Origin: Dipteris shenzhenensis
Lineage: Eukaryota
NCBI GenBank assembly: GCA_047967505.1
Contig: CM106538.1
DNA length: 64,000 bases
Direction: 5' to 3' (one strand)
Part shown: positions 26,079 through 37,863 of the stretch, one piece after another
Numbering within the stretch: position 1 is the stretch's first letter
Layout: each line of letters begins with the position of its first letter
Position numbers and translations under genes: made by a program
The notes under the pieces: generated by a model
What the model was told of the DNA's origin: nothing
What the model saw: only the letters and a program-made list of their open reading frames with translations
Databases searched by the model: none

Positions 26079-28198
26079 TCCCTTGCCTTTTGTTGTTGAG
26101 GCATTGTGACCCTTGAGAGCGTGAGAGTGATTGAGAGATTGAGAGCTTCTCACATGTTCTTGTGAGAGTTCACTTCCGTAGAGAAAAGTTTCTGTTCATT
26201 GCATTGAGAGAAAATTTTCGTCCATTTGATTGAAAGAGATTTCTGTTCATTTCTTGAGATTTCCTTATGAGGATTTCAATTCATTCTTTGAGACATTGTT
26301 ATTGTGAGAGAGAGATTTCTTCTTCCTGAGTGAGAGAGGATTTCCATTAAGAGTTCTTTGAGAGATTTCTTGCTTCAAATATTTCCGTTGAGAGAAAGAT
26401 TCAGGTAATCATTGGATCTTAGTGGATCTTGAGAGAGAGAAAGAGAGAGATAATTCATTAGAGAGGTCGCAATGAATTAGAGAGTGAGACCCTCAACTAA
26501 GCTTCTGTCTACCTCGACCCAACCTCTACAACAGCAATAGCCTTCTACCACGACCTAAGGCGAGCCTTCTACAATGAGCCGCCTCTCCAAACGCCTCTCC
26601 AAGATCAGCTTATGGGCAACGGTAGCTTAGGCTTCACGGGCTAACAAGTAGCCCTCCATTAAGCTCCTACACGACCTCAAAGACCTGATGCAATGACCTA
26701 ATGAATAGAGCCCTCCACGGCTACCATAGCCTATGACTCGACTACTCCAACAAGCTCCCTTCAATGGGCGCTTCTCCATCAAAGGGCAACATCACACCGC
26801 TCCAAGCCTCTCAACGTGTCCTATCAATACGACAAGGTCCACAATGCCCTACTTCAACAACCCGCTCCTTAGCCGAGAACAGAAGCCTCATAGCACCAAC
26901 AGCCTTGTCTATGTCGAGACGCCTTACATCCTCACCAACCAACGCTCCTATTCTCTCTATGACCAAGCACTCCCAAAACGGCCTCCTCACAATGATCTCC
27001 TGGGGATGTGACAGCTCCAAATGCACAGCTCTAGAGTTCAAACGGGGCAACTCTCCATCGATGCCCATGCTCAGAGCCTCTCCGTCGACCATCACCCTTC
27101 TCTGAGAGAGAAACTGCCATGTGGCAGATAAGGCCACGTGGCACTCCACAAACCACACCCAATTCTTTGGTCACATTAACCTAGGTATGGTTTACAGTGG
27201 ATAGGGTTGGTCACTTTAACCCCGACTCAGGCTAACCTCTAGTTGAGTCACTAGAGTAAGGTTTGGTTAAGAATTTGACACGTGGCAACCGACTGCCATG
27301 TCATCTCATCTGCCACCTCAACAGACACATGGCACCCTTATCTTTCACCTCAGCAAGTCAAAGTCAAAGTGCCCAATCATCCTTTGACCAGTCAAACTAC
27401 CACATGGCACTCTGACCCCTTGCTTGGCACAATTACCCCTTCATTGGCACACTTGGCACTTTGCATGTGAAAGATCCAGGAAGAATTTGAGAGTGCTATA
27501 AAAAGCTGAAACGATCCATTTTTTGTGCTCTATGTGCTTGTCACATCATGCACACATTTTGGCACAGTATCACTCACTTTTATGCCTCACCAACAAATCC
27601 ACTTCCTACACGCACATCAGCCTCTACATCGATGCATCTGACCCAGCACATAAAAAGAACCAAAGAAAAGAAATTATTTGCTGTTCTTTCATTGATCGAT
27701 GGTTGGTATAGATTTAGATCAGAGTAGACTAGATCGCCATAGAGGGGATGCTTTGAATTTCCCCAAGTTGCCAATCTAAGCCATGCCCAAAATTCTAGAC
27801 TAGTTCCTACTCGGAGTCAATCCCTATGCTCACATACGGTTTCACATCATCACATTACCTAAAACCTGATGTTCATTAGTTTAGTGAGCAGACTTCAAAG
27901 TGTTCAGAGGCATTGGTGATTGTTCAGTGGGTAGATAGCATATGATTTGATTTCACACACAAATGCTATCATTGTAAAGCCTACTTGGCTATTTCATGGC
28001 ATTGTGCACATCATTTCAGCCTTGTAAAGTCTCTTGGCTATTCTTGGCATTATTTGCTACAAGTCTTATAATACAGATTGGATTATATATTGTAGTTCTA
28101 CCTTCACTGACACTTCAAATTTCACTTGCTACAATCAATGTTTTGCATTTTATTCAGACAGTGTTTTTTCATGACACTTTAAGTACATTTCTTGCACC

Positions 28199-31100
28199 AT
28201 GTCTACGACTAGCAACCTCAATCTGGAGGCATCTACTAAGCTAGACAACTCCAATTACGACCCATGGAAATACTAGATGGAGACCATTCTTGTACTTCAA
28301 GACATATGGGAGTATGTCGATGGATCTACACCTAGACCATTGGACGATCCAGTCAGCAGTAACTCTACTCCATTTGTTGTCATAGCACCAACAATAGATC
28401 TACAGCTACACAAATAGTTTCTGCACTTGTAGGAGATCCTGCCATTGCCTGAGCACAGGTAGAATGGGATAAGAAAGATAAGTATGCATATCATCTGATC
28501 AAGTAGAATGTGCAAGATTTCATGCTAGGACAACTCAACACCATCAAGACATCGAAAGAAGCACAGGATATGTTCGCAGCTCTCTACGAGTCCAAGAACA
28601 CTTTCAAGATTCTCACACTAAGAAACCAAATCAACCAGAGTTTTCGCAACAGCAGCAAAACCAGTCATGCTTACGTGCTCAAAATCAAAGACTACAACAA
28701 TCAACTTGTAGCAGTAGGAGAGACCATGAGCCTTGCAAAAATGGTTCAAGTCATCCTGAATGGACTAGGAGAGGGATACAAGAATCTAGCCTAGAGTATT
28801 ACCATCCAACAGCAAATTCCAACACTAGAAGAACTTCAATCAGTCTTACTTGGTGAAGAACTCAGGAATCAAGCCGTTCATGCACGCAAAGGTCATTCTA
28901 ATGATCAGGCATTCATAACTTCAGACAAAAGTAGAGGCAGAGGCAGAGGCAGATCATTCCAGCGAAGTAGTCATCATCAGCAACAAAGTCATTAGCAAAG
29001 TCAACATCAGCATCATCATCAGCATCATCCTCAACAACATCAGATTCAGCAAATTGAAAATCATTCCAACCGAGGAAGATTCCAAGGACGTGGGAATGCA
29101 TCCACCAATGTGTCAAACATCCAGTCTAACTACTATCATAAGTTTGGACACTATGAAAGAGATTGCCGTAAGAAGCAGTATGACCAAGGCGGTCAATCCA
29201 GTAGCAATCAAGGGAATTTTTGCGAAAGAGGAAATCATCGTGGTGGACATTCTAGTCACAGTCATTTTGCAAATGAACATGGGAATATGTTTCTTGCAAA
29301 CTCCTTGCAAATGAGGAAATGCAGAAGATTGATACATTGTACCTAGAACTGATTACAATCCAAAAGAGGATCTCAGCTATCAAGTCGACCAAGTAGAACA
29401 AGATCCTTGGTATATCGATAGCAGTGCATCATCTCGCATGACAAATCATCAGGAATGGTTCACAGAGTTGAAACCATTAGAAGGTCAAAAGAATGTCATC
29501 TACACATCAGATAATACACTGAATCCAGTTCAAGGGATAGGCATTATCCCTATGAAAAATTTCATTGGTACAAAAGGATTGGTGAAAGATGTACTCTACA
29601 TTCCGAAACTCAACAAGAACCTCTTGTCAGTAGGGCAAATGATGGAACACAACTACCGAGTCATCTTCGATAGAGATGAATGCACTATCAGAGACAAATC
29701 TAGAAGATTTCAGCTAATAGGAAAAGGTGTCAAGGAAGTACGCTTGTACCAAATGCTAGCTGCAGTACCAGATTTTCATGTCATGTCAGCTCAACCACAA
29801 TAGATGCCACTATCCGCAAAATGGCACAAGAGATATGGACATGTCAATTTCAAAAGCTTGCTAGATCTCAGGAATTAGAATATGGTAATCAGGATTCCAA
29901 AGCTACAGTTTCTTGGAACAATTTGTGAAGCATGCTGCTTCAGCAAACAAAAGAGAACCAATTTTGGCAGAAGCATCTCTCGAGCACGAGGTATTCTTAA
30001 TTTGATACATACAAATGTATGGGGTTATGACCAGACCCGTAGCATCAATAGTTCACTTTACTACTTGACTTTCATCGACAACTACAACAGATATTGTTGG
30101 GTCTACTTTCTAAAAGAGAAATCTAAAGTGTTTTCCTGATTTCAATAATTCAAAGCCATGGTAGAAAACCAAACAGGCAAAAAGATCAAAGTCATGAGAT
30201 CAGATAGAGGAGATGAATACATGTCTTCAGCATTCATGACCTTTGGAAGAAGTCACGGCATTTGAAGACAATTCACTTGTGTAGATACTCCTCAGCAAAA
30301 TGCAAGAGCTGAAAGAAGAATGGTACTTTAGCAGACAATGCTAGAGCAATGCTTAGTGAGAAGCATCTTTCGAATCAGTATTGGGCAAAAAAAATAGCCA
30401 CTACAAACTATTTGCTTAATCAGATTCCTACCAAACCGATACAGGGTATGACACCTTATGAAGCATTCACTGGACATAAGCCACACATTGGGCATCTTCG
30501 CATATTTGGTTGCATAGCATATGCCTACATACATGATGGCCATCATACATGTGAAGTCATGCAAATGCATCATGGTTGGCTATAGTGAAGAAATCAAAGT
30601 AGTACAAGTTGTATTATCCCATCAACCGCAAGGTCATTATCTATAGAGATGTAATCTTTGAAGAGGAATCATAATGGAAAACCTCAAACACACAGGAGAT
30701 AGATTCACCGATTTCACAGTCATCTACAGAAGAGATTGATGAAGAAGAGCAAGAATTTCCAGAAACACTCTAAGTAAAGCCACAACAGCTCAGATGGTCT
30801 ACCAGGAAAAGCAGACCACTAGCCAGATTGACATATGCTCAGAAAGGCAAAGCAATTCAGGTTGAAACCACCAACTATGCTCTTATGACTACCATCATGG
30901 CTATAGAAGAGCCAGTGTACTTCGAAGATTCAATAAACAGGAAAGAAGGCCATAGCAAACAAATGGGTATACAAAGTGAAGTACAATCCAGATGGAAGTA
31001 TTCAAAGATACAAAGCCACACTAGTTTTCTGTATAGTTCTTGATATCACTAGCGACACTCAGTAGATGGAATGTGTACTAGCTCAATGTCAAGAATGCAT

Positions 31101-31575
31101 AAATCTCAATGGTTATCTAGACGAGGAAGTCTACATGCAACAACCAGCAGGTTATGTTGAGCCAAGAAAGGAGAATAAGGTTTGCCATCTTAAGAAAAGT
31201 TTCTATGGCTTAAATCAAGCACCTAGAAGTTGGTACAGTAGAATTGACAAATATTTTGCTGATTTGGGATACATGAAATCCAATGCAGATCATACTCTCT
31301 ACTACAAAGTTCAAGCGGAAGACATTACTATTGCACTTTTGTACGTAGATGATCTGATTGTAACCGGAATCAAGGATAGCTTCATCAAAAAACTAAAACA
31401 AGACTTACCTGCAGAGTTCGACATGAAAGATTTTGGACTTATGCACTATCGTCTTGGAGTTGAGTTTTGGATAGATTCAGACAGCACCTTCATGAGTTAG
31501 CTCAAGTATGTTGACTGTCTCCTGAAGAAGTTTCATATGGCAGATTGCAAGCTTGCAGCCAGCCACTCCCATGGA
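28199..31575 (+). mobile_element. Ty1/Copia gag-pol pseudogene, 3'-truncated within RT
   Basis: Gag KLDNSNYDPWK..M...IWEYVDG, knuckle GHYERDC, protease WYIDSSASSRMT, WHKRYGH, integrase (LIHTNVWG, TFIDNY, TPQQN), and RT YGLNQAPRSWY and LYVDD. The order is PR-INT-RT. Homology stops after ATPME at ~31575, with no RNase H or 3' LTR. Confidence 0.93.
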
Positions 31576-31800
31576 ACCATGGACGATTTTTTCAACTTAG
31601 TTTCGTTAGGAAGCTAAATTTTAATATTGGCATCAAAAGTTTGTATGCCCTAATAAGAACAAATGTTTGAAACATTCGCTAGGATTTGAAACTTATATGC
31701 TTTCTCTATGCTTTAAAAAAATAAAGTTTCACTAAGATTTACATTTTCCCTTCAAAATTCAAAAGGAAAAATAGAAAAAAGTACTACATTCTACCAATAA

Positions 31801-32180
31801 AGAAGCTAGCAAGATTTGGATGCACGGCCAAATCCTTTGAGACCTTGGTGACTTCTTTCAAAGCACTAAGAAGATTTGGTTGTGGCGTTCTTTCAAACTT
31901 GGGGAGATTTGGTCGTGTGGCCAAATCTTGTAGGCTTCTTTCAAAGCACTAGGGTATGGAGAGTTTTGGCCGTGCAACCTCCTCTTGCATGCTTCTTTCA
32001 AATCACCAGGTTCTAGGAGATTTGGCCGTGTGGCCAAATCTTTCAAAGCATTAGGGTTTGGGAAGATTTTGCCACGCTGCCAAATGTTGCTAGCTTCTTT
32101 CAAATCATTAGGAAGATTTGGCCACATGGCCAAATCTTCTTTCAAATCACTAGGAAGATTTGGCCACATGGACAAATCTT
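31801..32180 (-). repeat. Left array of 24-bp palindrome units, mostly in reverse orientation to the array at 33.9-34.9 kb
   Basis: Repeated GGAGATTTGGCC-N4-GGCCAAATCTT...CTTCTTTCAAAGCACTAGG, which is the reverse complement of the right-array unit. An (AAATTC/AAATTT)n tract follows at ~32190-32332. Confidence 0.85.
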
Positions 32181-33061
32181 CAAACGTTAAATCTAAAAAT
32201 TGAAAATCCAAATTTTAAAATTTTAAATTTAAAGTTCAAAATTCAAAATTCAAAATTTAAATTAAAAAGTTCAAATTTGAAATTTCAAAATTCAAATTTC
32301 AAGTTTCAAGTTTCAAATTTTGAAATTCAAATCTAGAGATCCTACTTTCAAAAAAATCATACATGCTTTTCATGATTCACGCTATTACACTTTAAAATCA
32401 TACTATTACTTTAAAAGCAAACCAGAAAATCTAAAACTATTAAAAAACCAAAACTTTAAAAGGCAAAGCTAAACAAACCTTTTAAACCAAGCATAAAAAG
32501 TAAACCTATGAGAAGGAATTGAATTCATCTTCATGGGGGATCAAGTGCTAGGCTCACCTTGTTCTCTCCCTTCCTAGATCTCAAATGTGTAACTAGGGTG
32601 GTTTGAGAGCCTTAGGACAATGTCTTAGATGGGGTAGTTCTTGGAAAACACTCCTCCACCCTTGGTTAGCTAATTGCAAGCAAAAAAGTTCAAAACTATG
32701 TAAAAATAAGAGGTCTCGGGAGGCTCCCCATCCCAGTTTTGTCCTAACAGTGTGTACTTAACTATGTAGGCTTTAAACTTCCATTACCAATTCAACTCTC
32801 CATAGACTCCACATCCAATAGTTGGATGAGAGTTGGATTAAAAAGAGGTCTTTTTTTTTTTCCTTTATTTTTTTGCATTACATGCTTTTGGGGGGATTGC
32901 TCCTTCCCCCCAAAGCATTCTTTTTTGGGGGGATTTCTTCTTCCCCCCCAAAGCATGCTTTTTTTGGGGGGTGTTGTCTTCTTGCTCTTAATCTTGGCTT
33001 GCTTCTCAGGTTTCCTTCAATCGACGAGGCTTCTTGGGTAGGCGCAAAGGACAAGACAAAT

Positions 33062-33620
33062 CTATTTCTTCTTCACAGCCCTCAATGAGGCTTCTGTCTC
33101 GTCAACAATAGTTTGGAGCTTCTCCTTTTTCGTTAATCTTCCCACTTGCTCCTCGCTTCTGCCATGATAGTCTCCTCCTACGATCGCTCTTTCTCGCAAG
33201 TTCTTTCTCGGGCGAGTGCTTCTTGTCTTGTCCTTTCCTATCGTCGACAGGGTCCGTTCTATCTCCAAACGAGATCTCACTAAATAATGGTCCAGTAAGT
33301 CGAGGATTTCATCGATGGTCTCCCTGTTGGGTGAGGCATATCACCTGCTCCAGAAGTTGGAGTAACAGCCAAAGCAATCACACCCAAAGGTGGGTTTATG
33401 AGTTGTAGCACTTGACTTGGAAGACGCAGTAGTCTTCCAGGGTTTCGAAAGGGATTTACCCGAAATCCCCTCTTGACGCTTCTCTCTCCTGGTACAGCTA
33501 CAGATCCACTCCTCTCCTGGATGAAATCCTCTCTTGACGCTATAGCTACTCTCTCTATAGCTCCTACGATTGCTTGAAATCCAAAGAGCACAAGCTCACA
33601 AACAACAATGGCTACTCAAT
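33062..33620 (-). pseudogene. Fragment of a plant uncharacterised protein of the F12F1.11/At1g12020-like family
   Basis: The frame of ORF 33062-33280 extended upstream through one TGA (33341-33343) reads HKPTFGCDCFGCYSNFWSR*YASPNRETIDEILDLLDHYL. This matches the family signature HPPxFxCxCFxCYxSYWxRWDxSPNRxLIHEIIxAFE. Confidence 0.7.
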
Positions 33621-33904
33621 CATCCAAGTAAGAAAACGAAAGAAATCAAAAGTGTACCTAATTCATGCATGTTCTCCATTTTTTCCATTTCAGAACACCA
33701 CGATTTGAAAGAAAGAGTCTTGTAAAAGTAGGAATCTCGAAGTGTGATTTGAAAGTAGGGTCTTTAGTATATGATTTGACTTTCAGATCTTGAAATTTGA
33801 AATTTGAATTCTGTATCTAAGATTTTGAATTTTGAATTTTAAATTTTGAATCTAAGATTTTGAATTTTTCAGATTTGAAAAGATTTGAATTTTAAATTTT
33901 AAAT

Positions 33905-34935
33905 GGGGAGATTTGGCCATACAAGGTTTGGCCATACGGCCAAATCTCCCTAGAGCTTGGTGATTTGAAAGAAGCTATAAAGATTTGGCATCACAACTAA
34001 ATCTTCCTAAACCTTGCTGCTTTGAAAAGATTTGGCCATACAACCAAATCTTCCTCGACACTCATGATTAGAAAGAAGATAGCAAGATTTGGCCGCATGG
34101 CCAAAGTGATTTAAAAGAAGTTAGAAAGATTTGGCATCACAACCAAATCTCCCCAAATCCTGCTGCTTTGAAAAGATTTGGCCGCATGGCCAAATCTCCC
34201 TAGACCCTTGTGATTAGAAAGAAGCTAGCAAGATTGGCCGCATAGCCAAATCTCCCTAAACCCTCGTGACTTATAAAAAGCTAGAAAGATTTCGCATCGT
34301 AGCCAAATCTCCCCAAACCTTAGTGCTTTGAAAAGATTTGGCTACACGGCCAAATCTCCCCAAACCCTGGTGCTTTGAAAAGATTTGGCCGCATGGCCAA
34401 ATCTCCTCAAACCTGGTGCTTTGAAAAGATTTGGCTGCATAGCCAAATCTCCCCAAACCTGGTGCTTTGAAAAGAATTGGCTGCACGACCAAATCTCCAT
34501 AGAGCCTTGTGATTAGAAAGAAGCTAGCAAGATTTGACCGCACACAAATCTCCCCAAACCTTGGTGCTTTGAAAATATTTGGCCCTCCATAGACCCTCGT
34601 GATTAGAAAGAAGCTAGCAAGATTTGGCCGCACGGCCAAATCTCCCTAAACCTAAGTGATTTAAAAGAAGCTAGAAAGATTTGACTGATTTGAAAGAAGC
34701 TAGCAAGATTTGGTTGCACAGCCAAATCTCTCCAGACCCTAGTGCTTTGAAATAAGCCCACAAGATCTGGCCACAAGGCCAAATCTCCCCAAACTTTGAT
34801 GCTTTGAAAGAAGCCCATATGATTTGGCCACACATCCAAACCTCCCCTTCCAGTGCTTTAAAAGAAGCCCATAAGATTTGGCCGCACGGCCAAATCTCCC
34901 TAGTGTGGCCAAATCTCCCTAGAATCTAGTGCTTT
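33905..34935 (+). repeat. Right array of roughly twenty ~47/57-bp units, each with palindrome AGATTTGGCC-N4-GGCCAAATCT
   Basis: Short unit AGATTTGGCCGCACGGCCAAATCTCCCCAAACCTTGGTGCTTTGAAA; the long unit adds GAAGCTAGCA. A (GAATTT)n tract precedes it at ~33790-33902. Confidence 0.92.
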
Positions 34936-34950
34936 CTCAAATCTACTACT

Positions 34951-37863
34951 ATGTTTAGTGTCAATTCTAGATTCTATTTCAGATATGTTTATCGATAATG
35001 TGTTTTGTCTAACATTAAAGATTATAAAGATGATAGTTTGTATATTGATTGGGTTTTTTACAGGAAAGACACAAATGTGAAGAAGGTTGAGAAAGTTGTA
35101 AGTGGATTTGGAGAAAAAAGCATACATTGGTACTTTGACATATATAGTATTGAGGGAGCACAATTGACACGAGTTTACTTATTTGTTTTGTTACCTAATA
35201 AAAGTGCATACACTTTTGTTGGACCGGTACATCGAATCACTAAAGATGTGGTTGGAAAAGAGGGAGATATTGGATTGTTGATCATTATAAATCAAAATAA
35301 GAAGTTTCTCTTGGATCCCAGCAATTATGAAGCATCTCGTATGAAGTCTGATGTATGAAGTCTGATGTAGATGACAACATGCACTCAAGAGGCTGGATAA
35401 GTGTTGAATCGATTGTATTGACACACTGACAACAATCATTGAATCATATCACAAAGTTTCAGCAACATTAAAGAAGCGTAAGAGTGGGGAAGGAACAAAG
35501 AAAGGAAAGTCGACTATGGTTCAAGCACCAGGTGGTAGCAGACAAGGGGCAAAGAAAGGAAAGCTAACTATAGTTGATGTACCACAAGAAGGAACACCTC
35601 CAGAGGGTATGCTAGCAGTTGTGGAAAGAAGCAGTGGTAGTGAATTGGAGCCAAGTGGAAAGGTCATAGGAAAAAAAGGGCAAAAGAAACCATCAGGCTT
35701 GGTGGAATATGAAAAATACTACCCATTCGGGTTGCATGCAACATTTCCAATTCCAGTTGCAAGATGTCAAAAAGCTCCTCCAAGCTATGTATATAGAGGG
35801 TTGAACAAAGAGCATGTGGAGAAGCTTGCTACGGATTTCGGTTATAACTCTAGGCCTCCTGCTGCTGTAGCGGATTTAATGCCTTTCAATCCTAAATGAA
35901 AAGCAGCCCCTGGAAAGGGTAGATAAGAAAGATATAACCAAGTGCCACTACTGGATACTATCTGGACAACATTCAATATATGCTGCTAAAATATTCACAT
36001 CTAATGATGATAACAGCACGGCCCAAAGAAAGAACTACTACCGCACCCGCCAGGCGAGGATTGTAGTGAATTGTCCCACACGCTATTGTGTGGAGATATC
36101 AAAGATGGCAAACCTAGAGTCTCAAAATATCTTAATACAATCTCCATACATTGATATACTTAAGTAGGTGAGGGGACAATGGATTCTCTTTAATAGACCC
36201 AAGAAATCACAACAAGGGCTTGCAAAAGGACATCCAGATCGTGAGAATTGGGATGTAAATACAGATTTTAATTATGAATCATTTTTTACAAGTCTTTTTT
36301 TTTAATTATTGCATTCTAATGGATTCATATATTTTGCAGGCATTAATTGACACTGGCAAGGTAACATTAGGCAATAGCTTTACCACGAAGGATGTACATA
36401 TGATAATCACAAGCAATGCCATTTATGATGGTTGGATCTCCATCCTTGAGGATTACATTGCATGCAAATATTCACAAGATGGAAAATGCCGTAGGCAACC
36501 CACAGTCTTAATGTTTAGATGCTTGCATGGATTGAGTGATGATCAAATTGGTCAAATTCAAAATGACATTAAGGAAGGTAGAGTAGTCATAGCTAAAACA
36601 AAGATTGATGCCATGATTCTTGATATTGAAGGACGAGCTATGCAGATCAAGAGAGATGCTGCACTACAAGAAGAACTTTATATGTTTATATCGGCAGAAC
36701 GGCCTTCTTTAATGTTAAAAAATTGGGATGAGTGCAGATTACATTTTAAAATTACTCCAGAATTGTATCATCGGATTCGTGGTTGCTATGACTCATGGTT
36801 AAAAGTGAAGCTTCAACAGGGCAAGGAAACTCCACCATTGCCTGATGCTGCAAAGGGGTATCTGAGGTGGATTATGGGACAAAGTGAAGGTGCAAGTCAT
36901 GGACCGAATTCCACCCGGCCTTGGAGGTTCTACACATTCGGTTCAAACATGGAGGGAATGGAATTTATACATAATGTGTACCAAGAGCCAATGGCAATAG
37001 GGGTTGCCTTTTTGGATGTAATGTATGGACCAAGCAGAAGTAGAAATTAGAATGAGGATCGCTTTAAGTGTTTGTTGAAAAGCTTGATGACAATCGCTTC
37101 TCCCCTAGTGCAATTCCTTCTTGTGGTGTTCTTGACCATGGATCATGTATCATGTTTGAAGAATGCATTAAATAAGACATGCCAACAATATAAAATACAT
37201 TTCGGTTGCCTTAATTTTGAAACTACATATATATTTGTCACTGGATCTATGGATGGCTTAATTGCCTGTGTACTGGTAAGCAAGGAAAAGCATTTCAACG
37301 ATATTGAGTGCTATACCAATGCACAATGTAAGCCATCAATATATATTACAGATGAAAAATATGAAAAATCAAGTGGTGCAGAAGAATCAGGTGATGAGGA
37401 TGATTATGACGAGGATGATGATGATGAATTTGACATTGAATTGTCCTTGAAAAGAAAATGTTCAAGTATCATGAAAGACATGATCATGGGTTTCTGTCGA
37501 GAAGATGAGTATGTATTGGACTTGTTCTCTGAGGGGCTTGCTGCAATAGAGTCTCTTTCTTGTAAGAGGCGTGTTGTTTCAGTTGTTGAGACTTATGAGG
37601 AGTTGGCAAAGGTTGAAAGTATATGTTGCACATATGCCTATAGTAATCATGAAATTCGACAATGGGCTGGCTTGCAAGAACCAATATTGGCAATAGAGGG
37701 GGTACCAAAAGAAGATGATACAACTGAAGGTGGAGGGGATAAAGAAATTGATACCATACCAGGACAAAAAGAGCTTCAACCCTTAAATGAAGAGCAGCGT
37801 GAGCATTTACAAAAACACGCTTCAAAGTTTTGGGAAACAGAAGAGGAAGCAACAGGTCCTTGA
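34951..37863 (+). pseudogene. ParB/Srx-like domain fused to a beta-class N4C/N6A DNA methyltransferase-like domain; one intron; disrupted
   Basis: ParB-like part: FPIPVARC...VYRGLNKEHVEKLATDF, then after a frameshift near 35897 YWILSGQHSIYAAK (35949-35990). A phase-0 intron GTAAAT..TTGCAG at 36255-36339 joins ENWD to ALID. ORFs 36274 and 37072 share a frame and are split by one TAG (37048). Motif IV-like FLDVMYG (37009-37029) precedes motif X/I-like KRKCSSIMKDMIMGFCREDEYVLDLFSEGLAAIESLSCKRRVVSVVE. The start is uncertain. Confidence 0.6.

Noticed and set aside
31858-32211. ORFs within the palindrome arrays (also 34271-34839)
   Set aside because: Repeat-derived periodic peptides, open in several frames, with no domain signal.
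33905-34935. CRISPR array
   Set aside because: The sequences between palindromes are near-identical repeats rather than unique spacers. No cas genes are present, and the context is eukaryotic.
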